Shown here piece by piece: positions 55,728-63,554 of a stretch of 64,000 nt of DNA; the first letter of the stretch is position 1; each line of letters begins with the position of its first letter. Position numbers and translations under genes: made by a program. The notes under the pieces are model-generated. The model made no database searches. It saw nothing but the letters and a program-made list of their open reading frames with translations, and had not been told where the DNA came from. Source of the stretch: Candidatus Wildermuthbacteria bacterium (GTDB lineage: Bacteria > Patescibacteriota > Minisyncoccia > Minisyncoccales > UBA10102); NCBI GenBank assembly GCA_016181405.1, contig JACOZJ010000003.1, positions 106,749-170,748 on the forward strand. The letters are read 5' to 3'.

Positions 55728-55770
55728 ATAGGTTGGGGGAGTATACAGCCTCCCCCCTCATCTTGCTGGG

Positions 55771-55881
55771 CTAGTAGCCCTCGCCCTTGTCGCCGCTCCC
55801 TGGAGCTGGGAATGGGCCACTGCCAGAACCCTTTGGCCCACCACCCTTGCTGCCACCCTTTGAACCCCAATTGTATACCAT
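55771..55881 (-). CDS. possible 36-aa Gly-rich micro-protein (below the ORF-track cutoff)
   Basis: ATG preceded by AAGGAAG. My translation is MVYNWGSKGGSKGGGPKGSGSGPFPAPGSGDKGEGY. A consensus promoter lies upstream on the minus strand: TTGACA (55985-55980), 17-nt spacer, TAAGTA (55962-55957). Confidence 0.25.
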   Translation of the reverse strand: MVYNWGSKGGSKGGGPKGSGSGPFPAPGSGDKGEGY

Positions 55882-56087
55882 GTTCTTCCTTTGCGAGATG
55901 CAAGTGCTGTATCACCAGCAGCCCTTTGCGTAGTACCTCTTTCGAGGCCTGATTCTTACTTATCAATACCACAAAAATATGTCAATCAATCTTAACACAT
56001 ATATTCCCTTATTTAGGATAAAAGTAGCATCTTTATTCTGGGTATATTGACTTATCTGGCGGATACACAATCGACAAATTGTATTAC

Positions 56088-57404
56088 TTACGGTTCAAAA
56101 AAGGGGGATTGTCGGAGAAGTTGGATCTCTTGGGAAAGAAATCCAACCTGTGGATAGTCGCCGTGCCATTCCATAATTGTTTGCCCCGCGTATTGCGATC
56201 CAGGATGGGGGAGACCAAATGCGTGGCCCAACTCATGCGCAGGAGTTCCCTTGGGTACTCCGCCTGTGCATTGCCAACCAGAGCTATAAAAGCAGGGGAT
56301 ACCCCAGGTATTTTGCACGCCCGAAATCGGCTCTAACACCCAGTCGCCAGTAATGGCAAATCCCGTATAATTCGAGTACAGATTTGCTCCGCCATATCCT
56401 CCGCCGCCAGCGCTAAAAATTAAAGCGATTGTTTGCTCTTCCCACTGTTCCACTCCGTTGTGGATCGCTTTGTTCATAAACGTTCCCCAGTTGCCTTCAA
56501 ATTTGGCGGGATCGTCTATGCAACTCTGGTTTGGAGTTTCACCGCAGCGCATCGTAAGGTAATTGTATGAACTTCGCACCACTTGAAGTGGTTTCATGCG
56601 AAATGTCTTTCCTACTTTGCCGTTGTACCAACTTTGCAATTCCTGGAGGTATTGATTTACAGCAGTTTCATATTCTGGATACATTGGTTTGTCTGCTGGA
56701 TACACAAGATATGGCTTTACAAAAAATTCGGTCTGCACTGCGCTCGTAGGAGTAGGGGTGGGCGTTGGAGTCGAAGTCGGAGTTGGTGTAGGTGTGGATG
56801 TAGGAGTCGGTGTTGGTGTCGGGGTGGACGTTGGCAAAGGCGTCGAAGTTGGCACAAACGGTTGTGGAGTTGGTACGGAAGTTGAGGTGGGGATCGACTT
56901 TGGCACTTGTGTTGGAACTGCGGAGGATGACGGCAGCACAAGAGAATTCGCCAGAGTTCTCGCGCTTTGACCAAAGTATCCTGTCCCAACGGTCAATCCA
57001 AACGGAGTTAAAACCTCGCTCGCATGCAGCTGTTGAAATTTACGCACTGCAGCTGCAGTCAAAGATCCGTAAAATTGGGTTTCTTGTCCCGGTGCACCTG
57101 GGCCCGCCGTTGCCACACGTGTTGCGGCGTTGGAGTTCAACAACATTTGCAGATACATTACATCTGTACCAGAAGAACCTTGCGCAAGATCTCGCGCAAA
57201 CACAAACCCCGCTGGAATTCCCGCAACCCTTCCTGTCGCTCCACCCTGCAATATAGTTAACTGCGCTTGCAGTTGGTTGATAATGGCGAGCAACGATTGA
57301 ATTTGCGCTTGCAACTCTGCTATCGCTTGAGCTTGGACTGAAAAAGGCACTACGCTCGCCGCAATCACTACTGCAACAAGCATAAGCAAAAAGATTTCCT
57401 TCAT
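56088..57404 (-). CDS. secreted PG_binding_1-domain / PT-linker / metzincin-type zinc metalloprotease
   Basis: Signal peptide, coiled coil, PG-binding repeat (GSSGTDVMYLQMLLN...FYGSLTAAAVRKFQ), PT linker ([20 protein letters not shown]), and HELGHAFGLPH (HExxHxxGxxH) followed by a Met-containing turn (QTIMEW). Confidence 0.7.
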   Translation of the reverse strand: MKEIFLLMLVAVVIAASVVPFSVQAQAIAELQAQIQSLLAIINQLQAQLTILQGGATGRVAGIPAGFVFARDLAQGSSGTDVMYLQMLLNSNAATRVATAGPGAPGQETQFYGSLTAAAVRKFQQLHASEVLTPFGLTVGTGYFGQSARTLANSLVLPSSSAVPTQVPKSIPTSTSVPTPQPFVPTSTPLPTSTPTPTPTPTSTPTPTPTSTPTPTPTPTSAVQTEFFVKPYLVYPADKPMYPEYETAVNQYLQELQSWYNGKVGKTFRMKPLQVVRSSYNYLTMRCGETPNQSCIDDPAKFEGNWGTFMNKAIHNGVEQWEEQTIALIFSAGGGGYGGANLYSNYTGFAITGDWVLEPISGVQNTWGIPCFYSSGWQCTGGVPKGTPAHELGHAFGLPHPGSQYAGQTIMEWHGDYPQVGFLSQEIQLLRQSPFFEP

Positions 57405-57408
57405 ACGT

Positions 57409-57567
57409 TTAGCCGCCGTGGGCGGGAGGACCAGGATTGATGGGAAAGAGGAGGGGAAAAACTATGACAGCAAAAATCAACATTGCCCCAAGACCTATAA
57501 AATCGAATGCCAGTAAAAGGGGAATTATAACGATCATCAACGCTAATACGAGAATCACGTCACCCAT
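57409..57567 (-). CDS. small membrane protein
   Basis: 52 aa (MGDVILVLALMIVIIPLLLAF...) ending 4 nt before the metzincin gene start, on the same strand. Confidence 0.35.
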   Translation of the reverse strand: MGDVILVLALMIVIIPLLLAFDFIGLGAMLIFAVIVFPLLFPINPGPPAHGG

Positions 57568-57596
57568 ACGGTTATTATACCCCAGTTCAAAATGAT

Positions 57597-57625
57597 TTGA
57601 CAAGATAGGAGATTGATTCCACAAT
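57597..57625 (+). promoter_or_regulatory. promoter placed for a leaderless response-regulator mRNA
   Basis: TTGACA (57597-57602), 17-nt spacer, CACAAT (57620-57625). The ATG at 57632 is 7 nt after the -10 box. Confidence 0.4.
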
Positions 57626-57631
57626 GAGAAT

Positions 57632-58015
57632 ATGCCTAAAAAATCGGAGAAGAAGACAATACTCATTGTGGAAGACGAAGAATTGCTGTCGGAAATGTAT
57701 CAGGAAGTCTTCCAGAAAGAAGGCTTTCGGGTGGCAACAGCCAAAACCGCCCACGAAGCAATCGGGATCGCGAGGGCCGAGAAACCAAACTTTATTCTGC
57801 TCGACATCCTCCTTCCAGGGGATAGTGGCATTTATTTTCTTGAGCAGAGGAAAGTGCACCCGGAGCTCGCTTCCATTCCTGTTATTGCCTTTTCAAACTT
57901 CGACGATCTCCGCATGAAGGACGACGCGTTTCGCCTCGGCGCCCAAGACTACCTTTTGAAAACAAACTATACGCCTCAAGAAATCGTTTCAAAGGTAAAA
58001 GAATACGTGAAATAA
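57632..58015 (+). CDS. single-domain response regulator (CheY-like receiver)
   Basis: KTILIVEDEELL...FILLDILLPGDSG...PVIAFSN...DYLLK carries the receiver Asp pocket, phospho-acceptor Asp and conserved Lys. Confidence 0.85.
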   Translation: MPKKSEKKTILIVEDEELLSEMYQEVFQKEGFRVATAKTAHEAIGIARAEKPNFILLDILLPGDSGIYFLEQRKVHPELASIPVIAFSNFDDLRMKDDAFRLGAQDYLLKTNYTPQEIVSKVKEYVK

Positions 58016-58077
58016 CTCTTCGACCTCGCTCAGAGTAAAACATTCCCATTCTGGCGGATTTGTGATACACTCCACCA

Positions 58078-59475
58078 ATGAAACGCATTCTCACATCGGA
58101 AACCCCAAGCCAGAAGGGGAATAAGGTGAAGATTTCGGGATGGGTGGAAACAAGGCGCGACCACGGCAAAATCGTATTTTTTGATTTGCGCGACAGAGAA
58201 GGAATAGTACAAACAGTATTTTCTTCCGGAGAGCCCGCTGCCTACGAAGCGGCGCAAGCTGTGAAATCAGAATGGGTGGTAGAAATTGAGGGTATGGTGC
58301 AAGAACGCCCTGAAAAACTCAAAAACCCCAACCTCGCCACCGGCGCCATTGAAATTTCCGCTACAAAACTCACAGTGCTCGGAGAGGCAAAAACGCTTCC
58401 CATACCCATAGACACGGACGGATACGAAATAGGGGAGGAGGCGCGTCTTAAATATCGCTATCTGGATTTACGCAGAAAACGCCTCCACCAAAACATAAAA
58501 GCTCGAAACGAAGTTATCCATTTCATCAGAGAATTCCTTCGAAAAAAAGATTTTATCGAAATTGAAACTCCAATTATCACAAAATCAACGCCTGAAGGCG
58601 CGCGCGACTACGTGATTCCTTCGCGATTGTATCCAGGGAAATTTTACGCTCTTCCCCAAAGCCCCCAGCAGTATAAGCAGCTTCTTCAGATTGCAGGATT
58701 TGAGAGATACTTCCAGATTGCGCGGTGTTTCCGCGATGAAGATCCCAGAGCAGACCGCCAGCCGGAATTTACCCAGCTGGATTTGGAAATGAGTTTTGTA
58801 GAGCAAGAAGACGTAATGGCGTTAACCGAAGAACTTCTCATAGATCTCGTCAAAACCCTATACCCCAAAAAAGAAATACAAGAAATTCCTTTCCCTCGCT
58901 TAACGTATCAAGAGGCGATGGCGAAATATGAAACCGACCGCCCCGATATCAGAAAAGATCAAAAAAATCCAGATCTTCTCGCATTTTGCTGGGTAGTTGA
59001 TTTCCCATTTTTTGAAAAAAGTGAGCAGGGCGGTTGGACCTTCACTCACAATCCATTTTCAGCTCCAAAGCCAGAATACATGCAAAATCTTATGGAGCAG
59101 AAAAATATTGGTACTATTCTCACGACCCAATACGATATCGTATTAAATGGCCTTGAAGTTGGAGGAGGAAGTATCCGCAATCATACCTCTGAAGCCCTCG
59201 AAAAGGTTTTTGAAATTATGGGATACAAAAAAGAAAGAATCCAGGAAAACTTTGGGCACATGCTCCAAGCTTTTTCATATGGAGCTCCTCCGCATGGAGG
59301 CATCGCCCCCGGGCTCGACCGTCTCATTTCGCTTCTCCAGGGAGAACCCACCATCCGCGAGGTTATTGCGTTTCCGAAAACAGGAGATAGTCGAGACCTC
59401 ATGATGAACAGTCCCAGCGAACTTGCAGAAAACCAGCTTCGCGAGCTTCATCTCCGCGTCCAGAAAGAAAAATGA
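58078..59475 (+). CDS. aspS: aspartate--tRNA ligase (bacterial-type core without the GAD insertion domain)
   Basis: OB-fold N-domain (VKISGWVETRRDHGKIVFFDLRDREGIVQ), motif 2 FRDEDPRADRQPEFTQLDLEMSF, and motif 3 region GGGSIRNH...GGIAPGLDRL. Only about 40 aa lie where bacterial AspRS carries a ~130-aa insertion. Confidence 0.85.
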   Translation: MKRILTSETPSQKGNKVKISGWVETRRDHGKIVFFDLRDREGIVQTVFSSGEPAAYEAAQAVKSEWVVEIEGMVQERPEKLKNPNLATGAIEISATKLTVLGEAKTLPIPIDTDGYEIGEEARLKYRYLDLRRKRLHQNIKARNEVIHFIREFLRKKDFIEIETPIITKSTPEGARDYVIPSRLYPGKFYALPQSPQQYKQLLQIAGFERYFQIARCFRDEDPRADRQPEFTQLDLEMSFVEQEDVMALTEELLIDLVKTLYPKKEIQEIPFPRLTYQEAMAKYETDRPDIRKDQKNPDLLAFCWVVDFPFFEKSEQGGWTFTHNPFSAPKPEYMQNLMEQKNIGTILTTQYDIVLNGLEVGGGSIRNHTSEALEKVFEIMGYKKERIQENFGHMLQAFSYGAPPHGGIAPGLDRLISLLQGEPTIREVIAFPKTGDSRDLMMNSPSELAENQLRELHLRVQKEK

Positions 59476-60461
59476 TGCACAGAAATCTCAAAGTTTTCTT
59501 CGCTGCCTTCACTGGAAGCGTAGCTGTCTGGTGGGGGATAAACACACTATCTATGGAGTTGGAACAATTCTTTTTCCTGCGCGAGCTATACACGAACCCA
59601 GAGTTATTAGCAGCCACCTCGAACACACTCGAGCTTGAACAAAAACTTCAAGACGCATATCCGCTTGCGAAGAAGAAAGTTGCGCCACTGGAGCCACAGG
59701 CCGCCTCGATCTTATCGCTTTATGTCAAAGAAAATGGCACGACAAAAGTTCTTTTTGAAAAAAACAGTAATATGCCCTTGCCTATAGCAAGCATAACCAA
59801 ACTCATGACCGCGCTGGTGGCGATAAAAAATTATCCACTGGACCAACACATCACCATAACTCCAAAAGTTCTTGAAACTCCCGGTGAGGCCGGCCAGCTG
59901 CGCGCAGGAGAGGTGTTCACGGTAAAAGACTTGCTGTATCTTGCCTTAATGGAATCGAGCAACGACGCAGCTGAAGCCCTTGCAGAGGCGAAAGAACCTA
60001 AGGTTTTCATAGGGTTGATGAATGAGGAAGCTGCACGCCTGAATTTACAAAACACCTCATTCGTGAATCCCACCGGACTCGATGAAGCCCAATACACCAA
60101 TAAGTCCACCTCAAAGGACCTTGCTGAACTCGCACGCTATTTGTTTCAAAGCTATCCGCAAGTGTTTGATATCTTAAGCCAAAGCGAACTTGCACTCGTC
60201 AGCCCCAATGGAAGATTTCATCATACCATGCGAAACACGAACGAACTTTTAGGATACTACGATTGGCCCGGCAGAACTTTTGGCGGCAAAACAGGGACAA
60301 CGCCGCTCGCGAGAGAAACCCTTTTGTTCGTGGTCGAAAGCCCGTCAGCTGATGGGTATATTATAAACGTAATCTTGGGATCGGAAGCAAGGTTCGCCGA
60401 GATGCGCCAGCTTTTGCAGTGGATTTTGCAAGCATACCAATGGAAATTAACTTCACCTTAA
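59472..60461 (+). CDS. D-alanyl-D-alanine carboxypeptidase (S11, PBP5/6-like)
   Basis: SxxK ASITKLMTA, SxN ESSNDAA, KTG GKTGTT. The start overlaps the aspS stop (ATGA). Confidence 0.8.
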   Translation: MMHRNLKVFFAAFTGSVAVWWGINTLSMELEQFFFLRELYTNPELLAATSNTLELEQKLQDAYPLAKKKVAPLEPQAASILSLYVKENGTTKVLFEKNSNMPLPIASITKLMTALVAIKNYPLDQHITITPKVLETPGEAGQLRAGEVFTVKDLLYLALMESSNDAAEALAEAKEPKVFIGLMNEEAARLNLQNTSFVNPTGLDEAQYTNKSTSKDLAELARYLFQSYPQVFDILSQSELALVSPNGRFHHTMRNTNELLGYYDWPGRTFGGKTGTTPLARETLLFVVESPSADGYIINVILGSEARFAEMRQLLQWILQAYQWKLTSP

Positions 60462-61540
60462 GCGTTTTAAAAATTGCGGCTCTTGCAACCACAAGCTTTT
60501 TGCTGGCGTTTTGTGTCACGCCTTTTTTGATACATACCCTGTATACACACCGCCTTTGGCGGAAAACCGTACGGACAGAAGCGCTCGGCGGAGGAGAAGT
60601 GCCTTTTTTCCAGAAGTTCCATGGAGAAGGTGAAGTCAAAACACCCCGCTTTGGCGGCGTGCTCATCTGGCTAACCCCTCCTGCCGTGGCGCTTCTCTTT
60701 TTTGCTCTCGCCTCTACGCAAATCTGGTGGCTGGAAAAATTCAGTTTTTTAAGCAGAGGACAAACCTGGCTTCCTTTGGCCACACTTTTAGCCGCAGGCG
60801 CCGTGGGATTTCTTGACGACATCATGCAGGTTATTGCTCCACCTACCAAGGGATTTTCCAAACTTCTCTGGGATCGTCTCGGCAAATATGTAGCGGGAGG
60901 GCTCCATCTAAAATACCGCTTTGCGCTTGTGTCGCTCATCGGCCTTGTGGCGGCCTCGTGGTTTTTTTACAAACTTGGATGGAGCACCATCCATATTCCG
61001 GGAGTAGGAGATTTACCCATTGGTATTCTGTACATTCCGCTATTCGTAATTGTAATGCTTGCCACCTACAGTGGAGGGGTTATCGACGGCATAGACGGGC
61101 TTTCCGGCGGCACGTTTGCTTCCATATTCGGAGCATATGGTGTTATTGCGTTCTCACGGGGGCAAATCGATCTTGCGGCCTTTTGCTTCGTGGTGGCGGG
61201 GGCGATTTTAGCTTTTTTGTGGTTCAATATTCCGCCTGCGCGCTTCTACATGGGAGAGACCGGCATGATGGCGCTCACCGCGTCGCTTACGGTGGTTGCG
61301 TTTCTCACCGATTCCGTTTTCGTGCTTCCCATTATCGCAATTCTCCTCGTGGCAGAATCCGCCTCCGTGATTATTCAGTTGCTTTCCAAAAAATTCCGCA
61401 AAAAGAAAGTGTTTCTGGCGGCTCCCATCCATCATCATTTTGAAGCCAAAGGTTGGCCTCCCCACAAAGTTACCATGAGATTCTGGGTAGTTGGGGTTGT
61501 CGCTGCCCTCGTGGGCGTCGCCATCCGCCTCATAGGCTAA
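60440..61540 (+). CDS. mraY: phospho-N-acetylmuramoyl-pentapeptide transferase
   Basis: Polytopic with GGVLIW, GFLDD, DGIDGL, PARFYMGETG and APIHHHFE motifs. Confidence 0.9.
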   Translation: MEINFTLSVLKIAALATTSFLLAFCVTPFLIHTLYTHRLWRKTVRTEALGGGEVPFFQKFHGEGEVKTPRFGGVLIWLTPPAVALLFFALASTQIWWLEKFSFLSRGQTWLPLATLLAAGAVGFLDDIMQVIAPPTKGFSKLLWDRLGKYVAGGLHLKYRFALVSLIGLVAASWFFYKLGWSTIHIPGVGDLPIGILYIPLFVIVMLATYSGGVIDGIDGLSGGTFASIFGAYGVIAFSRGQIDLAAFCFVVAGAILAFLWFNIPPARFYMGETGMMALTASLTVVAFLTDSVFVLPIIAILLVAESASVIIQLLSKKFRKKKVFLAAPIHHHFEAKGWPPHKVTMRFWVVGVVAALVGVAIRLIG

Positions 61541-61541
61541 T

Positions 61542-62066
61542 ATGCGATACACGATTAAAACAAAACGGCTCTTATTGCGTCCATACAGGGGAGAAGACGA
61601 AGAAGCGCTTGTGAGGAATATCAACAGCAAGAAGGTTTATCGTGCGACTTTGCATATTCCGTATCCCTATACTGCACAAGACGCGAAGCAATGGATTGCG
61701 AAAAACCGCAAGCTGGCGAAACAAAAAAACCCAGAATCGGTAAACTTTGTTATTGAAATGAACGGAGAATTGATAGGCGGAATTGGATTCGATGACGTAG
61801 AAAAAAATCACAGAGCAGAGATAGGCTATTGGCTCGGAGAAAAATACTGGGGGCAGGGGATTACAACCGAGGCCGTAAGGGCTGTTACAAAATTTGGCTT
61901 TGAAAAACTAAAATTGCGGAGAATTTATGCCTGCGTGTATCCATTCAATAAAGCTTCAATGAACGTTCTCAAAAAAAGCGGCTATAAGTTCGAAGGGCTT
62001 ATCAGGAAAAATGTAATGAAAAACGGCAAATTACTGGATGATTACCAGTTTGCAAAAGTAAAGTAA
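61542..62066 (+). CDS. GNAT-family N-acetyltransferase (RimJ/RimL-like)
   Basis: LLLRPYRGEDEEAL...IGYWLGEKYWGQGITTEAV...NKASMNVLKKSGYKFEG. Confidence 0.8.
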   Translation: MRYTIKTKRLLLRPYRGEDEEALVRNINSKKVYRATLHIPYPYTAQDAKQWIAKNRKLAKQKNPESVNFVIEMNGELIGGIGFDDVEKNHRAEIGYWLGEKYWGQGITTEAVRAVTKFGFEKLKLRRIYACVYPFNKASMNVLKKSGYKFEGLIRKNVMKNGKLLDDYQFAKVK

Positions 62067-62070
62067 TGAC

Positions 62071-63540
62071 ATGGGGGTAGGGGAATTAAGGAAAAAATAT
62101 CCTTTATTTATTTATAGGGGATACTCATACGTGTTGAAAGAAGGAAATTTGTATATCTCTTTTGATTTTGAGGTGCCTGCCTCGCCGGCAGGCGGGCCAC
62201 CAGACATTTCATTTCATCCGAAGATTGTTATCAAAAACATTTCACAGCGAGATATAAAGAGGGTAGGGGATGAAGCATTGCAAAATTTCGTATTCCATCT
62301 GGGCCTGGCAGAAATGCCGAGCTATTGGAAAGCAACGGCATCCCCGAAAATTATCGTAGAAGCAGGATACTTGGATAAAACGCAGATCAATTGGTGGCAT
62401 GATTTGTTTATGAGAGGAATGGGGCAGTATTTCTACGAGAACAAAATTAAATTCACAAACAAAAATTTTCTTACCATCACTACCGCCAGCCGCGTAGGCC
62501 GTGCGGGGACAGTCCTAGCACAAGCTTGTGCTAGGACTGTCCCCGCACAAACGCTGGTGCCCGTCGGGGGAGGAAAAGATGCTATTGTCACATACGAAAT
62601 TCTGAAGAAAGCCCTTCGACAAGTCTTTGACTCCGAGGCTCAGACTCGAGGAGCTCAGGGTAAACAAAAAATCCAGCCATTTGTGCTAAACCCGAAAAAG
62701 GAACAGCTTGCGATTCTCCGCATAGCGGGCGAAACGAATCCCATAGTTGTCGATCGCGAGATTGACTCCACATTGCTTGAGTTAAATCGCAAGGGCTACC
62801 TCAATGGCCACACTCCGTTTTCCGCATATCTTGCATTTCTCACGGTTTCATGCGCCACGCTTTTCGATTACCAGTATATCGCGCTTTCCAACGAACGAAG
62901 CTCAAATGAAGGAAATGTGAACTATCTCGGAAGCATCGTAAACCATCAATATTCCAAGTCATGGGAATTTGAGAAAAAGTTTCGCGCGTACAGTAAAAAA
63001 TATTTAGCCAAAGACATTGAATACTTTAGCTTTCTCCGACCTCTATATGAACTGCAAATCGCAAAATTGTTTTCGCAGTATCCTAAATATTTTGCGACAT
63101 TTCTAAGCTGCAACGAAGCACACAAAACCCACTCTGGCACCCGCAAACCTGCAGAAAAATGGTGTGGTAAATGTTCGAAATGCTTGTTTGTGTTCGCGAG
63201 CCTCTATCCATTTGTGGGAACAGAACAATTGGTAAACATATTTGGCTCAAACCTATTTGAAGACGCAAATCTCATACCACTCATGGAAGAGTTAGCAGGG
63301 GAGCGAAAGTTCAAACCTTTTGAATGCGTTGGCACCACCAAAGAAAGTTTGGCTGCTTTTTACTTAAGTCTGCAAAAAACATATCCGCCTTTGCCAACGC
63401 TTTTGAAACACTTTCGCCAGCATATTGCAAAAAAACACCTCCATCTGCCGCAAGAATCACGACAAATGCTGAAAAGCTGGAATACTGTCCACGCATTGCC
63501 ACTCCGTCTGGAAAAAGAGCTCAAATCCGTGCTAGGATAA
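62071..63540 (+). CDS. conserved-looking protein of unknown function with a PP-loop-like motif, in a mur cluster (candidate MurL-type enzyme)
   Basis: 489 aa. VPVGGGKDAIVT resembles the SGGKDS ATP-pyrophosphatase loop, and CGKCSKC forms a late Cys cluster. It lies between mraY/GNAT and murD. The CDS is confident; the function is not. Confidence 0.6.
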   Translation: MGVGELRKKYPLFIYRGYSYVLKEGNLYISFDFEVPASPAGGPPDISFHPKIVIKNISQRDIKRVGDEALQNFVFHLGLAEMPSYWKATASPKIIVEAGYLDKTQINWWHDLFMRGMGQYFYENKIKFTNKNFLTITTASRVGRAGTVLAQACARTVPAQTLVPVGGGKDAIVTYEILKKALRQVFDSEAQTRGAQGKQKIQPFVLNPKKEQLAILRIAGETNPIVVDREIDSTLLELNRKGYLNGHTPFSAYLAFLTVSCATLFDYQYIALSNERSSNEGNVNYLGSIVNHQYSKSWEFEKKFRAYSKKYLAKDIEYFSFLRPLYELQIAKLFSQYPKYFATFLSCNEAHKTHSGTRKPAEKWCGKCSKCLFVFASLYPFVGTEQLVNIFGSNLFEDANLIPLMEELAGERKFKPFECVGTTKESLAAFYLSLQKTYPPLPTLLKHFRQHIAKKHLHLPQESRQMLKSWNTVHALPLRLEKELKSVLG

Positions 63541-63554
63541 GAAGGTGAATTGTC

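Noticed and set aside
55673-55972. 99-aa minus-strand track ORF between the TrmB gene and the metzincin gene
   Set aside because: It has odd composition (W/Q/G-rich), no SD, and overlaps both the 96-aa membrane ORF and the better-supported Gly-rich micro-ORF frame.
57624-57917. 97-aa ORF in an alternative frame over the response-regulator gene
   Set aside because: The product is Arg/Cys/Ser-rich junk, while the +2 frame encodes a textbook receiver domain.
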